Source of the DNA: an uncultured delta proteobacterium
Lineage (GTDB): Bacteria > Myxococcota_A > Polyangia > Polyangiales > Polyangiaceae
NCBI GenBank assembly: GCA_963716725.1
Contig: CAVQUB010000013.1
Location: forward strand, 352,001 to 416,000
Reading direction: 5' to 3'
DNA length: 64,000 nt
Made by a program: the position numbers and the translations under genes. A model generated the notes under the pieces. It saw only the letters and a list, made by a program, of their open reading frames with translations. It was not told the DNA's origin and did not search any database. Shown here one piece after another: positions 1 to 9,951 of this stretch (the first letter of the stretch is position 1; each line of letters begins with the position of its first letter).

Positions 1-1
1 G

Positions 2-532
2 TCAGGGCCGGGCGTCGAGATCGAGGTCCAAATTTCGCTCGTCGGCGACCGCGGAGAGCTCCCGACGCAGGGTCGCGAGAGCCACGTCGCGCGGCACGTG
101 CAGCAGCGCTTCCAGCAGAAATGCCGGGGTTCCGGTCAGCGGTTGGTGGACCACGCCGGTCTCGAGGGAGGCCACGTTCACCCCGAGCCGCGCTACCACC
201 GCCGTCACGGCCTGCACGATGCCCGGCTGGTCCAGACCCACGACGCGGAGCTCGTAGGCCAGCATCCCGGCCTTCGTGCCCGGTGGCTCGGTGTCGCGGA
301 AATGGCACTCGACGCCCAGCGGGGCCAAGGCGGAGCGGCCGCGCTCCTCGGCGGCTCCGAGCTCGGCTACCGTGCCCGACAGAAGCACGAGCATGGCAAA
401 CTCGCCGCCCAAGACCGCCATGCGACTGTCTTCGAGGTTCGCGCCGGCCTGGTGGACCGCTGACGAGATCGCTTGGACCAGTCCCGCTCGATCGGGACCG
501 ATGGCGGTGAGCACCTTGAACCGCTTGGACAT
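2..532 (-). CDS. gcvR: Glycine cleavage system transcriptional repressor-like protein (two ACT domains)
   Basis: TAIGPDRAGLV...NLEDSRMAVLGGEFAM and a second ACT repeat GLDQPGIVQAVT; 176 aa. Confidence 0.8.
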   Translation of the reverse strand: MSKRFKVLTAIGPDRAGLVQAISSAVHQAGANLEDSRMAVLGGEFAMLVLLSGTVAELGAAEERGRSALAPLGVECHFRDTEPPGTKAGMLAYELRVVGLDQPGIVQAVTAVVARLGVNVASLETGVVHQPLTGTPAFLLEALLHVPRDVALATLRRELSAVADERNLDLDLDARP

Positions 533-585
533 GCCCCGACCATGGCGCGCCGGGGCGCCGGGCGCCAGGGTCTAGCGAAGCGGGC

Positions 586-1170
586 TCAGTGCTCGGAGAC
601 GAGCGTCCCCTCGGGGCGCAGCGGGATGACCTTGGTCGCGCTGGGGACGTCCGGGTTCTGGGGATCTTCGCGGATCAGCACGACATCGCCGTCGCGGATT
701 CGGTCCACCCGCCAGTTGATCTCGTAGGCCCGGGCCGTGGTGGTGCTGGCCTGGACGACCTCCGCGCGGCCGACGAACTGGCCACGCTGGACCACGTGAC
801 CCTTCCCGGTGGGGTCGACGAGCATCGCCTTGGCCGGATCGATCCCGGTCACGATGCCGACGAGCTTGAGTTCGTCGACCGAGTACTGGTCGAGCAGAAC
901 CTCGCGCTGCGACTTCACCTTGCCGCGTGCCTCTTCCACGAACATGCTCGCAAAGGAGCGGAAGGGGTCGCGGCTCTTCTCGCTCTCCGCGAACTCGGCC
1001 TCCTGAAAGTCGATCTTTGGAGGACCGACGGCCGCGTCGCCGGCCCCCGCGTCGCCGGCCTGAGAAGTCGCGGGGACGCGCACGCTCGGCGCGCTCGTGG
1101 TTGGAGCATCGCTGCCGCAGCCAGAGACGAGCACGACCAGGAGGAGCGGCATTGCCGAGACGCGGATCAT
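586..1170 (-). CDS. pilP: Type IV pilus assembly lipoprotein PilP
   Basis: Lipobox VSGC, RDPF motif, LDQYSVDELKLVGIV, AMLVDPTGKG; last gene of pilMNO; ATG 1170 overlaps the pilO stop. Confidence 0.85.
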   Translation of the reverse strand: MIRVSAMPLLLVVLVSGCGSDAPTTSAPSVRVPATSQAGDAGAGDAAVGPPKIDFQEAEFAESEKSRDPFRSFASMFVEEARGKVKSQREVLLDQYSVDELKLVGIVTGIDPAKAMLVDPTGKGHVVQRGQFVGRAEVVQASTTTARAYEINWRVDRIRDGDVVLIREDPQNPDVPSATKVIPLRPEGTLVSEH

Positions 1171-1790
1171 TTCTGGCCCCCCGGCGTGGCAGCGCCGGCA
1201 CGTTTGTCCTTGCCGGCCTGGGCGTCGTCCAGCATGCGGAACGCAGTCGCGAGCACGTCCACCTTGATCATGATGTCGGTGCCCTCTTTGGTCTTCGGGT
1301 CCGTGGCGGAGATGTTCTCCATGTTGATGATTCGGTCCAGCTGCCCGACGCCATAGAAGAACTTCGCCACCTGGTGGAACTTCCCGGACAGCTCCAGCTT
1401 CATGGGCACCCGGGCGTAGAACTTGTCGGGGCTCTCTTCGGCCGGAGTCCACGCCGTGAGCGCGACCCCGGAGACGTTGGCGACCGACTGAATCGCGCTC
1501 AAGAACGAGGGGTATTCGGTGGTCTTGGGCAGGATCTTCTCGAGTTCCCGCGCGCGCTGCTCGCGCTCGGTGAGCTCTGCCAGATCCTTCTGGTAAGCGA
1601 ACTCGTTCTTGCGCGCGTCGGCCAGCTCTTCCCGCAGCTGGCGCTCCTTGCCCTGGGCGGCTTTGATCGAGCTGGCGAGGTCGCCATAGAAGACGACGAA
1701 GTAGGCGATTGCCACCAGGACCAACAAGCCCGCGCCGATGCCCGCCTTGGCGACCAACGGGAGCTTGGCAAGGCTGCTTTCTTTGGCCAT
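1167..1790 (-). CDS. pilO: Type IV pilus assembly protein PilO
   Basis: N-terminal TM, coiled coil, FYARVPMKLELSGKFHQVAKFF...LDRIIN. Confidence 0.9.
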   Translation of the reverse strand: MAKESSLAKLPLVAKAGIGAGLLVLVAIAYFVVFYGDLASSIKAAQGKERQLREELADARKNEFAYQKDLAELTEREQRARELEKILPKTTEYPSFLSAIQSVANVSGVALTAWTPAEESPDKFYARVPMKLELSGKFHQVAKFFYGVGQLDRIINMENISATDPKTKEGTDIMIKVDVLATAFRMLDDAQAGKDKRAGAATPGGQK

Positions 1791-2428
1791 CAGTACCTCA
1801 CCTTCGCCTCGAGCTCGAAGCGAACCACTTCCATCTTCGTCACTGCATCCCGCTCCGTGCGCGCAGGCAGCAGCCGCACTTCGTAGAAGAAGCTCGACAG
1901 ACCCATCCGGCGAGCAAGCTCGCTGACGTCTTCACCGTCTCGCGCGATGCCCTCGAGGCGCACCTTGCGTTGCTGCTCGACGAACTTGGTCAGCCACAGT
2001 CGTCGGGCATCCCACGCGGGGTTGTAGACCGCGAGCGGATTGTCCTTGCGCAACTGCTGCAAGCGATCCGGATCGACACTGGGGCCTCGCCCCGGCGTGA
2101 GCAGGCGGGCAAGTTCGAGCATGACCGACGTCGGACCAGTGCGGGCGCTCTGGAGCTTCGAGATCGCGTCCTCTCGCGCGCGCAGTTGCTCGAGCTTTTC
2201 CTTGACCTGCGCGTGGTTCGCGACCGCCTGCTTCGCGCCGTCAATCTGCGTCTGGAGCTCGGCGTTCTTTCGGGTTTGGTCCTTGAGCTCTTCGTTCTTG
2301 ATGCTGTGAAAGACGAAGAGCACCACGACCTCCATCAAGAAGGCCACCAAGAGCGCGATCAGCCAGAGCTGGCTCCCTTCGCTCCGCTCGGCGCGGCGCT
2401 TCTGCGGCAGTAGGTTGATCTTGATCAC
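1790..2428 (-). CDS. pilN: Type IV pilus assembly protein PilN
   Basis: GTG start then IKINLLP (PilM-binding motif), TM, coiled coil. Confidence 0.9.
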   Translation of the reverse strand: MIKINLLPQKRRAERSEGSQLWLIALLVAFLMEVVVLFVFHSIKNEELKDQTRKNAELQTQIDGAKQAVANHAQVKEKLEQLRAREDAISKLQSARTGPTSVMLELARLLTPGRGPSVDPDRLQQLRKDNPLAVYNPAWDARRLWLTKFVEQQRKVRLEGIARDGEDVSELARRMGLSSFFYEVRLLPARTERDAVTKMEVVRFELEAKVRY

Positions 2429-3501
2429 GCCCGCGTCTCCTTTTCGTGCCGGAGCGCGAGACCGGCTGCCACGGACAGCTGCGCCGCTCGGAGCTGCAGG
2501 AGGTTTCCGTCCACTTCGCGGGCTTCGACCTGCAAGCGCTCGGCGGCGGACCACACCTCGGTGGGGACTCGGGCGCGGCGCTCGATGGCCTGCGCCAGGT
2601 TCACCAGACTCGCCGTGCCGCCGGTCACGTAGATGCGGGAGATCTCGCCTTCGCCGCTGGTCGCCAGATAGAAGTCCAGGCTCCGTTGAATCTCGGCAGC
2701 AATGGAATCCGTCACCGTCTCCACCACCTGCACCACCTGCTGGGGCACCATGCCGGCGCGAAAGGGCTCACCGGGGTCCGCCGCGCCGCCGCATTTGTAG
2801 GCCTCCGCCTGTTCGTAGGGGACACCCAGAGCCTTCTGGATTTCGTCCGTCACCACGTTGCCCCCGTTGGCAATTTCCCGGGTGAAGGCGCTCACGCCAT
2901 TGGCGATGATGTTGAGCGAGCACAGACTTGCTCCCACGTTGATCAGGCCGACGGTCTGGTCCGGCGGAAGCCCCCGCGAACGCTCGAACATGTTTTGCAC
3001 GGTGAACGCGTCGATGTCGCAGACCACGGGGCGGAGCTTGGCGTCGCGCGCGAGCTGTGCGTAATCGTTGATCTGATCGCGTTTCGCCGCGACGAGCAGC
3101 AGCTCCATTTGGCTGGTTTCCGGCTTTTTCCGCAGCACCTGGTAGTCGACCTGTACGTCCTTGATGTCGAAGGGGATGTGCTGTTCCGCCTCCCAGTGGA
3201 TCTGCTCGTTGAGCTCCTCGCGCGTCATCATGGGGACCGTGATCTTGCGAATGATCACGCTCTGCCCGGAGACGCTGATGGCGATCTCCTTTTGTTTGAT
3301 TTTTGCGTCGTGGAACACCCGCATCAGCCCCTCCACGACCGCGGAGGCATCCATGACCTGCCCGTCCACGATGGTCTGCGGAGCCAGCGGTGTGTAGCCC
3401 AGGCGCTGTAGCCCCAGGCCGCGGCGGCTCTCCTTGATCTGAACCACCTTGATCGAGCTCGTCCCGATGTCGACCCCGACCAGATTCTTGCCTTCGCCCA
3501 T
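2425..3501 (-). CDS. pilM: Type IV pilus assembly protein PilM (FtsA/actin-like)
   Basis: VGVDIGTSSIK, EAEQHIPF, EIQRSLDFY, VTGG, AAGLALR. Confidence 0.95.
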   Translation of the reverse strand: MGEGKNLVGVDIGTSSIKVVQIKESRRGLGLQRLGYTPLAPQTIVDGQVMDASAVVEGLMRVFHDAKIKQKEIAISVSGQSVIIRKITVPMMTREELNEQIHWEAEQHIPFDIKDVQVDYQVLRKKPETSQMELLLVAAKRDQINDYAQLARDAKLRPVVCDIDAFTVQNMFERSRGLPPDQTVGLINVGASLCSLNIIANGVSAFTREIANGGNVVTDEIQKALGVPYEQAEAYKCGGAADPGEPFRAGMVPQQVVQVVETVTDSIAAEIQRSLDFYLATSGEGEISRIYVTGGTASLVNLAQAIERRARVPTEVWSAAERLQVEAREVDGNLLQLRAAQLSVAAGLALRHEKETRA

Positions 3502-3864
3502 GCAGCCTCGCAGACAGAGGGATTTCTTTTCGAGAAACCCGGCGCAAATGGTTGCACCTCTGGGTCGCTAGCGCCAAGAAACGGGAAGCGACATTCGCCA
3601 AGTACCGATTACCGCGGGGCTAGGGCGCCGACGCAAGCCGCTCTTCATCCGCGCTTTTGCCCGCTCTTCGCTCCGAAGCCCATCGGCTACCTCCGACGCG
3701 GCGCATGCGCGGCCAGCGATTCGCTCTCGTGGGGGGTCCGCCGACCGCGGCGGGCGCGGGGGAATTATGTAAGCAAATCGCCGGCTGCTCAGGTGGTCAG
3801 ATCTCCTCCACTTTTTTTCGCCTTCCGCCAAAGAGCGGTAAAGGCTATCGGGGTGGAGACCCGC

Positions 3865-4818
3865 ATGTCCCGGATTGTTCCTGCCTTCGCCTGCGCTCTC
3901 GTCGTAGCGCTGAGCTCGGCCAGCGGCAGCGCCGCGCCCACGCCCCGAGCGACGCTCGCGGCTGCGAAGGTGCACGTGGTGTACCCGGGCCAGACCTTGG
4001 CGATGATCGCGAAGCGCTACAACGTCTCCGTCGACGCCCTGTGCAAAGCCAACCGCATCACGCGCCGGAGCCCAATTCGACCGAAGCAGCGACTGCTATT
4101 GCCCGGCCGCGACGGCGAGGTGATCCCGGCGTCGCTGCACGCGGACGTCGAGGTCGCTGAAGAAGCGAAACCGGACAAGGCCGACAAGGCCGGCAAGAAG
4201 CCCAAGCAGACCCGGGAAGCCGCCGTCCGGAAGTCGGCCAAGAACGCCAAGAAGGGCGCGGTGCTCTCGCTGCAGAGCTACACCGGCTCGTGGAGTGGTC
4301 CGGTCTTCAAGCACGGAAAGATCTCGGAGTCGGCCCGGACCAGCATCGAAAAGGTCTTGGCCGCATGGCGCACCGGACAGCACCAGCCGATCAACGATCG
4401 GCTGATCCGGATCCTGGTCAAGGTCAGCGCGCATTTCGGGGGCAAACCCATCCGAGTAGTGAGCGGCTATCGCCCCTATTCGTCCAAGCAGTACACGCCC
4501 CACTCTCGGCACAACACCGGGCATGCGGTCGACTTCAGCATTCCCGGCGTCAGTAACCGCCAGCTGCGCGACTACTGTCGGACGCTGGCCAACGTGGGCT
4601 GTGGCTACTACCCGAACTCGAGCTTCGTCCATCTGGACGTGCGGGAGAGCAGCGCCCACTGGGTCGACTTCTCGGGCCCGGGGCAGGCGCCGCGCTACGC
4701 GGGCACGAACGGGCGGGACCCGGGCGCCGACACCGAATCCGAGCGCGAAGAGCCTGCCAACGGCACCGGAGACGGCTCCGGGGACGACGAGCAGCCGTCC
4801 GAGCCTGACCAGATCTGA
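3865..4818 (+). CDS. Secreted LysM + peptidase M15 (YcbK/DUF882-like) peptidoglycan endopeptidase
   Basis: Signal peptide; LysM HVVYPGQTLAMIAKRYNVS; VSGYR, SRHNTGHAVD (H-x6-D) and FVHLD Zn ligands. Confidence 0.85.
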   Translation: MSRIVPAFACALVVALSSASGSAAPTPRATLAAAKVHVVYPGQTLAMIAKRYNVSVDALCKANRITRRSPIRPKQRLLLPGRDGEVIPASLHADVEVAEEAKPDKADKAGKKPKQTREAAVRKSAKNAKKGAVLSLQSYTGSWSGPVFKHGKISESARTSIEKVLAAWRTGQHQPINDRLIRILVKVSAHFGGKPIRVVSGYRPYSSKQYTPHSRHNTGHAVDFSIPGVSNRQLRDYCRTLANVGCGYYPNSSFVHLDVRESSAHWVDFSGPGQAPRYAGTNGRDPGADTESEREEPANGTGDGSGDDEQPSEPDQI

Positions 4819-4884
4819 GCGGCGTGCCGGCAGCGCCGATCCGAGGGCGAGAGCCCCGGGCGAGCCCAGTCCGCAAGAGTCGGT

Positions 4885-5154
4885 TCAGAACTCCTCGTCT
4901 TCGCCGACCTCGAGCTGCCGAGTGGCATGAATGGCGACGACGAAGAGGATGGTGATCGCGAAGAACACCAGCGCGACCTCCAGCCCCAAGGTCCCGGGCG
5001 GCAAGACGAGGCGTTCGGCGACCAGCTCGATCACGAAGAAGATCGAGAAGTAGGCGACCAGCCTCCGTGGCGCCTTCCAAGCACGGAACCGGAAGGCAAA
5101 GACGGCCGTGAGCGCGGTGGCTATCGAGCCGGCGACGACGATGGTGGTCAGCAT
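4885..5154 (-). CDS. Small hypothetical membrane protein (about 3 TM)
   Basis: 89 aa, hydrophobic segments; overlaps the 3' end of the upstream gene. Confidence 0.6.
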   Translation of the reverse strand: MLTTIVVAGSIATALTAVFAFRFRAWKAPRRLVAYFSIFFVIELVAERLVLPPGTLGLEVALVFFAITILFVVAIHATRQLEVGEDEEF

Positions 5155-6380
5155 GGGCGCTCGAAATCGTCGCCTCGAAGCAGCGCGTGCTCGACCAGCC
5201 GGGGTACCCGCTCCGGCTCGAATCCGCGCCAGAACACGTGCCAGCGTGGCAGCCTCATCATTCCGTCACAGACTGAAGTGTACCAAGCCGAGATGCCGTT
5301 GTCGGCCCGGGTGCGCCAGAACAAGCTCGGGAAGTCCCGGCTGGTGACCTGCCAGAGATCGCGGCCCATGCCTTCGCCTCGAGCCACGGGGTCGACGGCA
5401 AATTTCGTCAGATAGGGCCCCGCCTCGGTGTCGTGCACGATGGCTGCACCTCGGTAGTTCTCTTCGACGTAGATTGCCAGAGGCGGCGTGGCGAAGAACG
5501 CCTCGCGCAGGCGATGACCAAAGCTCGACTCGATGCACTGCTGCAGGCGGTCGACTTGGATCTCCGAGAACGAATCGAATCGAGTGATGGCAGTGCCACG
5601 CTTGACCAGGGTTCCAGCCCCCTGGGTGGTGAACAGCTCGCGAAGCAGGTCGAGCGGCGAGGTGATGCTGACCAGCAGCTTTTCGTCCTTGCACGATTCG
5701 AGCAAATGCTTCACGTGGTCGAAGAGCGTCGCGTCTTCTTTGCGCAAAAGCCGTTGCCCCGTGAGCAGCGGCGGATCGGTGCGCAGGTTGATCAAAGACA
5801 GCCCGCCCGCCTCGACCGAGAGCTGATTCTTCTCGGCGATGGTCAGGCTTCGCTCGCTGGTGAGCCGAAGAGGCCCCCGTCGTCGGAGCAGGACCAGCTT
5901 GCGCGAGTCCAGGCCTTCGGCCAGGCGCGCTAACCACGACAGCCGGGCGTCGGCGGTCCGAGTCGAGTCCTCCGCGAGCTGCACGATGGGCCAGCGCCCG
6001 GCGCGCAGCTCGCTGCGCAGCGTCTCGGTCAGGTCGGCCTCACCCGGAAAATGCACGGCGAAGTCGAGCTGCGCCGCCTCGAGGCGACGGAGCAAGCGAT
6101 CGCGCGAGCTGTCGGCCTGCGCCGGATCGAAGAGCCCGAGCACGATGGGCGCAGCCAGGCCGAGATCCGACAAGAACCGCAGTTGCTCGGTGAAAGCGCC
6201 CTGCCCCTGGCGAATCACCGGCGCCCCCGGGGCGATGATCGCGAAGCTCTCCTTGGGCAGCCGGCGGAACAACCCGAGATAGAGTTCGACCTCCGAACGG
6301 CGGCTCACGCTCTCGAGAAACCTGAGCACCGCCTCGGCGGTCGCCGGCAACGGCGCGGTGGATGGTGACTCAGCGGGCAT
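5148..6380 (-). CDS. N-acetylglutamate synthase/kinase-like protein (AAK domain + DUF619/NAT domain)
   Basis: LLRELFTTQGAGTLV, IESSFG, YVEENYRGAAIV, YLTKFAV..ARGEGMGRDLW, LFWR, WHVFW. Confidence 0.8.
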   Translation of the reverse strand: MPAESPSTAPLPATAEAVLRFLESVSRRSEVELYLGLFRRLPKESFAIIAPGAPVIRQGQGAFTEQLRFLSDLGLAAPIVLGLFDPAQADSSRDRLLRRLEAAQLDFAVHFPGEADLTETLRSELRAGRWPIVQLAEDSTRTADARLSWLARLAEGLDSRKLVLLRRRGPLRLTSERSLTIAEKNQLSVEAGGLSLINLRTDPPLLTGQRLLRKEDATLFDHVKHLLESCKDEKLLVSITSPLDLLRELFTTQGAGTLVKRGTAITRFDSFSEIQVDRLQQCIESSFGHRLREAFFATPPLAIYVEENYRGAAIVHDTEAGPYLTKFAVDPVARGEGMGRDLWQVTSRDFPSLFWRTRADNGISAWYTSVCDGMMRLPRWHVFWRGFEPERVPRLVEHALLRGDDFERPC

Positions 6381-6471
6381 CTCGAGGGCCCTCCCTAGCA
6401 CGCGCCTCCCCTCATCGGGAGTTGGTCGAGGGCGCATGGCCAGGAGCGAAGGGGCGAGTATATTGCCGGCC

Positions 6472-8229
6472 ATGCACGTGGGCCTCGTGACACCGCCAGG
6501 CGTTCTCGGCCAGTTCGTGGCTCGAGCCGTCGAGCCCGCGGGACACTCCCTGACCGTGGCGCCGGACCTCGAGGCGCTGTCGGAGCAGGCAGAAAACAAG
6601 CTTGATGTGGTGCTCTTCGCTCCCGTCGTGGCCGGGATCCCAGCCAGCTGCGCGCTCTCGGCGGCGACAGCCGCGGGCATCGCTCCCGAGCGCGCGGTCT
6701 ACCTCGGGCTCGACGTCACCGCCTGTGAAGAGGCTCAGCGCGCCGGGTTCTTCCGCGCACTGTCCATCCCCTTTCAGACCCAAGAACTGCTGGCGACCAT
6801 CGAAGACAGCGCACGAGGCAAGCTGATCGTGCTCTTGGCCGACGACAGCGATCTGATCCACAAACACACGGTGCCGCTGCTGACCGCCGCGGGCTACGAC
6901 GTGCGCGAAGCCTGGGATGGGGAGGAAGCGCTGTCGATGATTCGCGCGAGGAAGCCGGACCTGCTCTTGACCGACGTCGAGATGCCAAAGATGGACGGCT
7001 ACTCGCTGTGTCGGACCGTGAAATCCGACGACGCTCTCGCCGACTTGCCGGTGGTGATCTGCTCGAGCCTGGGCGAGACCGCGGATCTCGAGCGCGGCTT
7101 CGACGCTGGAGCCGACGAGTATTTGGTCAAACCCGTGGTTCCGGAGGAGCTCGTGAGCCGCCTGCACTCGCTGCTAGCGACACGCATGGTGAGCGCCCGC
7201 GAGCAGGTGCTGGTGGTGGACGACTCCGCCGCAATTCGACACTTGGTCGCCGATTGCCTGCGACGCCAGGGCTTTCGCGTGGAGACCGCCGTGGACGGGC
7301 AGAACGGTTTGGACAAGGCCACGGCGACGACGCCAGACCTGGTGCTCACCGACTACGACATGCCGCGCATGACTGGCTTTCAGCTGGTGCACGCGCTTCG
7401 GCGCGACACCAAGACGCGCGACGTGCCCATTGTCATGCTGACAGCGAGAGACACCAAGCGCGACCAAGCGCAGATGCGCGCGGCGGGCCTCACCAGCTAC
7501 CTGGTGAAGCCCTTTGGCACGGACAAGTGCATCGCGATCGTGGAACGGGTCTTGGCGGAGGCGCGCCTCTCCCGCTACAAAGAAGCCTCGCGGCTCTACA
7601 TCAGCGAGGGGGCGATGAAGGCCGCCGAAGAGATGAGCCGCGCGACGGGGGGGTTCGGCGAGGCCCGAGCCAAGGAGGTCGACGCGACGCTGCTCTTCAG
7701 CGACATCTCCGGCTTCACCAACATGAGCTCGAAGATGTCCCCCGCCGAGGTCGTGTCGATCTTGAACGCTTCCTTCGACGCCTTGTGCGTCGTGATCAAG
7801 GAGCAAGGTGGAGACATCGACAAGTTCATCGGCGACGCGATCATGGCGGTCTTCGAAGATCGCCCCGAACTCGACGAACAACACGCGCTGCGGGCCGCCC
7901 GCGCGGCCTGGGGAATGCAGCAAGCACTGGGGCGTTTCAACCAAGGCACGGATCATCGCTTGACCATGCGGATCGGCCTGAACTGCGGGAAGATCGTGCG
8001 CGGCGACATCGGGTCGCGCCACGTCCGCCGCGACTACACCTGCATCGGCGACGTCGTGAACCGCGCCCAGCGGCACGAAGGCAAGGCTCCGCTCGGTGGC
8101 GTGCTCCTGAGCGTCTCGGTATACGAGCGCATTCAGCAGCACGTCCGCGTCAGCGAGGTGACCGGGCTCACGTTCAAGGGCATCGACGAGCCGCAGAGCG
8201 CGTACGTGCTCGAGGGATTCCTAGAATGA
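6472..8229 (+). CDS. Multi-receiver class III adenylate/guanylate cyclase
   Basis: Two intact REC domains (DVEMPKMDG, DYDMPRMTG) plus a degenerate N-terminal REC; cyclase motifs SDISGFT, DKFIGDAIMAVF, DYTCIGDVVNRAQR. Confidence 0.9.
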   Translation: MHVGLVTPPGVLGQFVARAVEPAGHSLTVAPDLEALSEQAENKLDVVLFAPVVAGIPASCALSAATAAGIAPERAVYLGLDVTACEEAQRAGFFRALSIPFQTQELLATIEDSARGKLIVLLADDSDLIHKHTVPLLTAAGYDVREAWDGEEALSMIRARKPDLLLTDVEMPKMDGYSLCRTVKSDDALADLPVVICSSLGETADLERGFDAGADEYLVKPVVPEELVSRLHSLLATRMVSAREQVLVVDDSAAIRHLVADCLRRQGFRVETAVDGQNGLDKATATTPDLVLTDYDMPRMTGFQLVHALRRDTKTRDVPIVMLTARDTKRDQAQMRAAGLTSYLVKPFGTDKCIAIVERVLAEARLSRYKEASRLYISEGAMKAAEEMSRATGGFGEARAKEVDATLLFSDISGFTNMSSKMSPAEVVSILNASFDALCVVIKEQGGDIDKFIGDAIMAVFEDRPELDEQHALRAARAAWGMQQALGRFNQGTDHRLTMRIGLNCGKIVRGDIGSRHVRRDYTCIGDVVNRAQRHEGKAPLGGVLLSVSVYERIQQHVRVSEVTGLTFKGIDEPQSAYVLEGFLE

Positions 8230-8849
8230 ACAAATCCATCCCCATCGTCTCGGTGTTTCTGACCGCCGCCGTCGGCCTCTTGGTCGGAGCGCGCCCCAGC
8301 GTCGCACAGGAAGCCAGTCGCTATCCCTACGACCCCGTCTGCGCCTGGGGCCGAGTCTCCAACGGTAGGGGCATGCTGGTGCGGTGCCTCAGCGAGGGCG
8401 AAGCCCGCGCGTTGCCCGCGAAGCTCGCAGGACCCAGCCTTCCTCCGGCGCCTTCCGCCAGCGCCCCGCCAGCGCCGTCAGGCAGCGCAGCGCCTGCCGT
8501 CCCCGTGGTCGATCCGCAGAAGGCCTTCTCCCTGGTGAGCATCGCGGTCGCCGCTGACACGGGCAACTTGCCCGCCGCCGCCAAGAAGCTGGCGCTCGGC
8601 AAGGAGAAGTTCCTCGAGTGCCTGGGCAAGCACGGTGGACTCGACAAACCCGAAGGCGAAGTCCATGTGCGTTTCTTGGTGAGCGCCCGGGGGCGCGCCG
8701 AGGGCGTCTCGGTGCACAAGCGCGTCGGAATGAGCGACGGCGCGGCGACCTGCATCGCGCACGTCGTCGATCGGCGCGCGGTCGGCAATCCGGCCGCGAC
8801 CATGGTCGGCGCCACCGCGCTGATCCGCGTCTCGAAGCAAAAGAGCTGA
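8226..8849 (+). CDS. Secreted protein, Pro-rich linker, C-terminal AgmX/PglI/TonB_C-like domain
   Basis: ATG 8226 overlaps the cyclase stop; signal peptide; CLGKHGG..GEVHVRFLVSARGRAEGV..TCIAHVV. Confidence 0.6.
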   Translation: MNKSIPIVSVFLTAAVGLLVGARPSVAQEASRYPYDPVCAWGRVSNGRGMLVRCLSEGEARALPAKLAGPSLPPAPSASAPPAPSGSAAPAVPVVDPQKAFSLVSIAVAADTGNLPAAAKKLALGKEKFLECLGKHGGLDKPEGEVHVRFLVSARGRAEGVSVHKRVGMSDGAATCIAHVVDRRAVGNPAATMVGATALIRVSKQKS

Positions 8850-8889
8850 TCGCGGGCCACCCGCTGGGGAAATGCACTAGGGTGCCCGG

Positions 8890-9951
8890 GTGAGCCAACG
8901 CTTACGCGTGCTGGTCGTCGATGACTCCGCCTTCATGCGCGGCGCCATCAGCCGAGTGCTCTCGAGCGACTCCCGCTTCGAGGTTGCCGGGCAGGCGAAA
9001 GACGGCGAAGAGGCCGTGAAGCTGGCGGTCGAGCTCCGACCGGACGTCATCAGCATGGACTTCAACATGCCAGGGCTCAACGGCGCCGAGGCGACGCGCG
9101 CCATTCTGGCCCGGCAGCCGACCCCGATCGTGATGCTCAGCGCACACACGAGCGCCGGAGCGGCGGCCACCGTGCAAGCCCTGGCCGCCGGGGCCGTAGA
9201 TTTCGTCGAGAAGCCGGACGGAGAAGTCAGCGCCAACCTGAGCGCCATCCGGGAGTCGCTGGTCGAAAAGCTGCTCTCCGCCGCCGGGGCCAACGTGCGA
9301 GGGCCGATGACGGTGGTCGACGTCGCGTCGAGCGAACCGCCGATGTCTCGCCGAGCACCCCGCTCGTCTTCCAAACCGATGCCGGCAGGTCTGCGCGTGA
9401 TCGTGATCGCGAGCTCCACCGGCGGTCCGGCGGCGCTGGTGCGGGTACTCCCCGAGATCACGGCGCTGACGAAGGCCGCCGTAATCGTGGTCCAGCACAT
9501 GTCCGCGGGCTTCACCTTGGCGCTCGCCAATCAGCTCGCCGAGCAGTCGGGCTATCCAGTGCACGAGGCCAAGGCCGGCGACGAGCTCGCGGCCGGGAGC
9601 GCCTGGGTCGCACCCGGAGGCTTCCACCTCGTGCTCGAGCGCAACGGCACCGTTTCACTGAGCGAAGCGCCGCCGCTCCATGGTGTGCGGCCGGCGGCCG
9701 ACGTGACCTTCAAAAGCGCAGCTCAGGTCTACGGCGCACGCGCGGTGGGCGTGGTGCTCACGGGAATGGGCCGCGACGGCGCGCTGGGTCTCGCCGCGAT
9801 CAAGGCCGGTGGCGGTCGAACGGTGGCCCAAGACAAAGCCACCTGCACGGTGTATGGCATGCCGAAAGCCGCCGTGGAGATGGGTGTCGTCGATGAGGTC
9901 TTGCCATTGGACCAAATCGGACGAAGCGTGACCCGACTCGTGAGCTCGTGA
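8890..9951 (+). CDS. cheB: Chemotaxis response regulator protein-glutamate methylesterase
   Basis: REC domain plus catalytic motifs ASSTGG, VQHM, LTGMGRDG, VYGMP. Confidence 0.95.
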   Translation: MSQRLRVLVVDDSAFMRGAISRVLSSDSRFEVAGQAKDGEEAVKLAVELRPDVISMDFNMPGLNGAEATRAILARQPTPIVMLSAHTSAGAAATVQALAAGAVDFVEKPDGEVSANLSAIRESLVEKLLSAAGANVRGPMTVVDVASSEPPMSRRAPRSSSKPMPAGLRVIVIASSTGGPAALVRVLPEITALTKAAVIVVQHMSAGFTLALANQLAEQSGYPVHEAKAGDELAAGSAWVAPGGFHLVLERNGTVSLSEAPPLHGVRPAADVTFKSAAQVYGARAVGVVLTGMGRDGALGLAAIKAGGGRTVAQDKATCTVYGMPKAAVEMGVVDEVLPLDQIGRSVTRLVSS

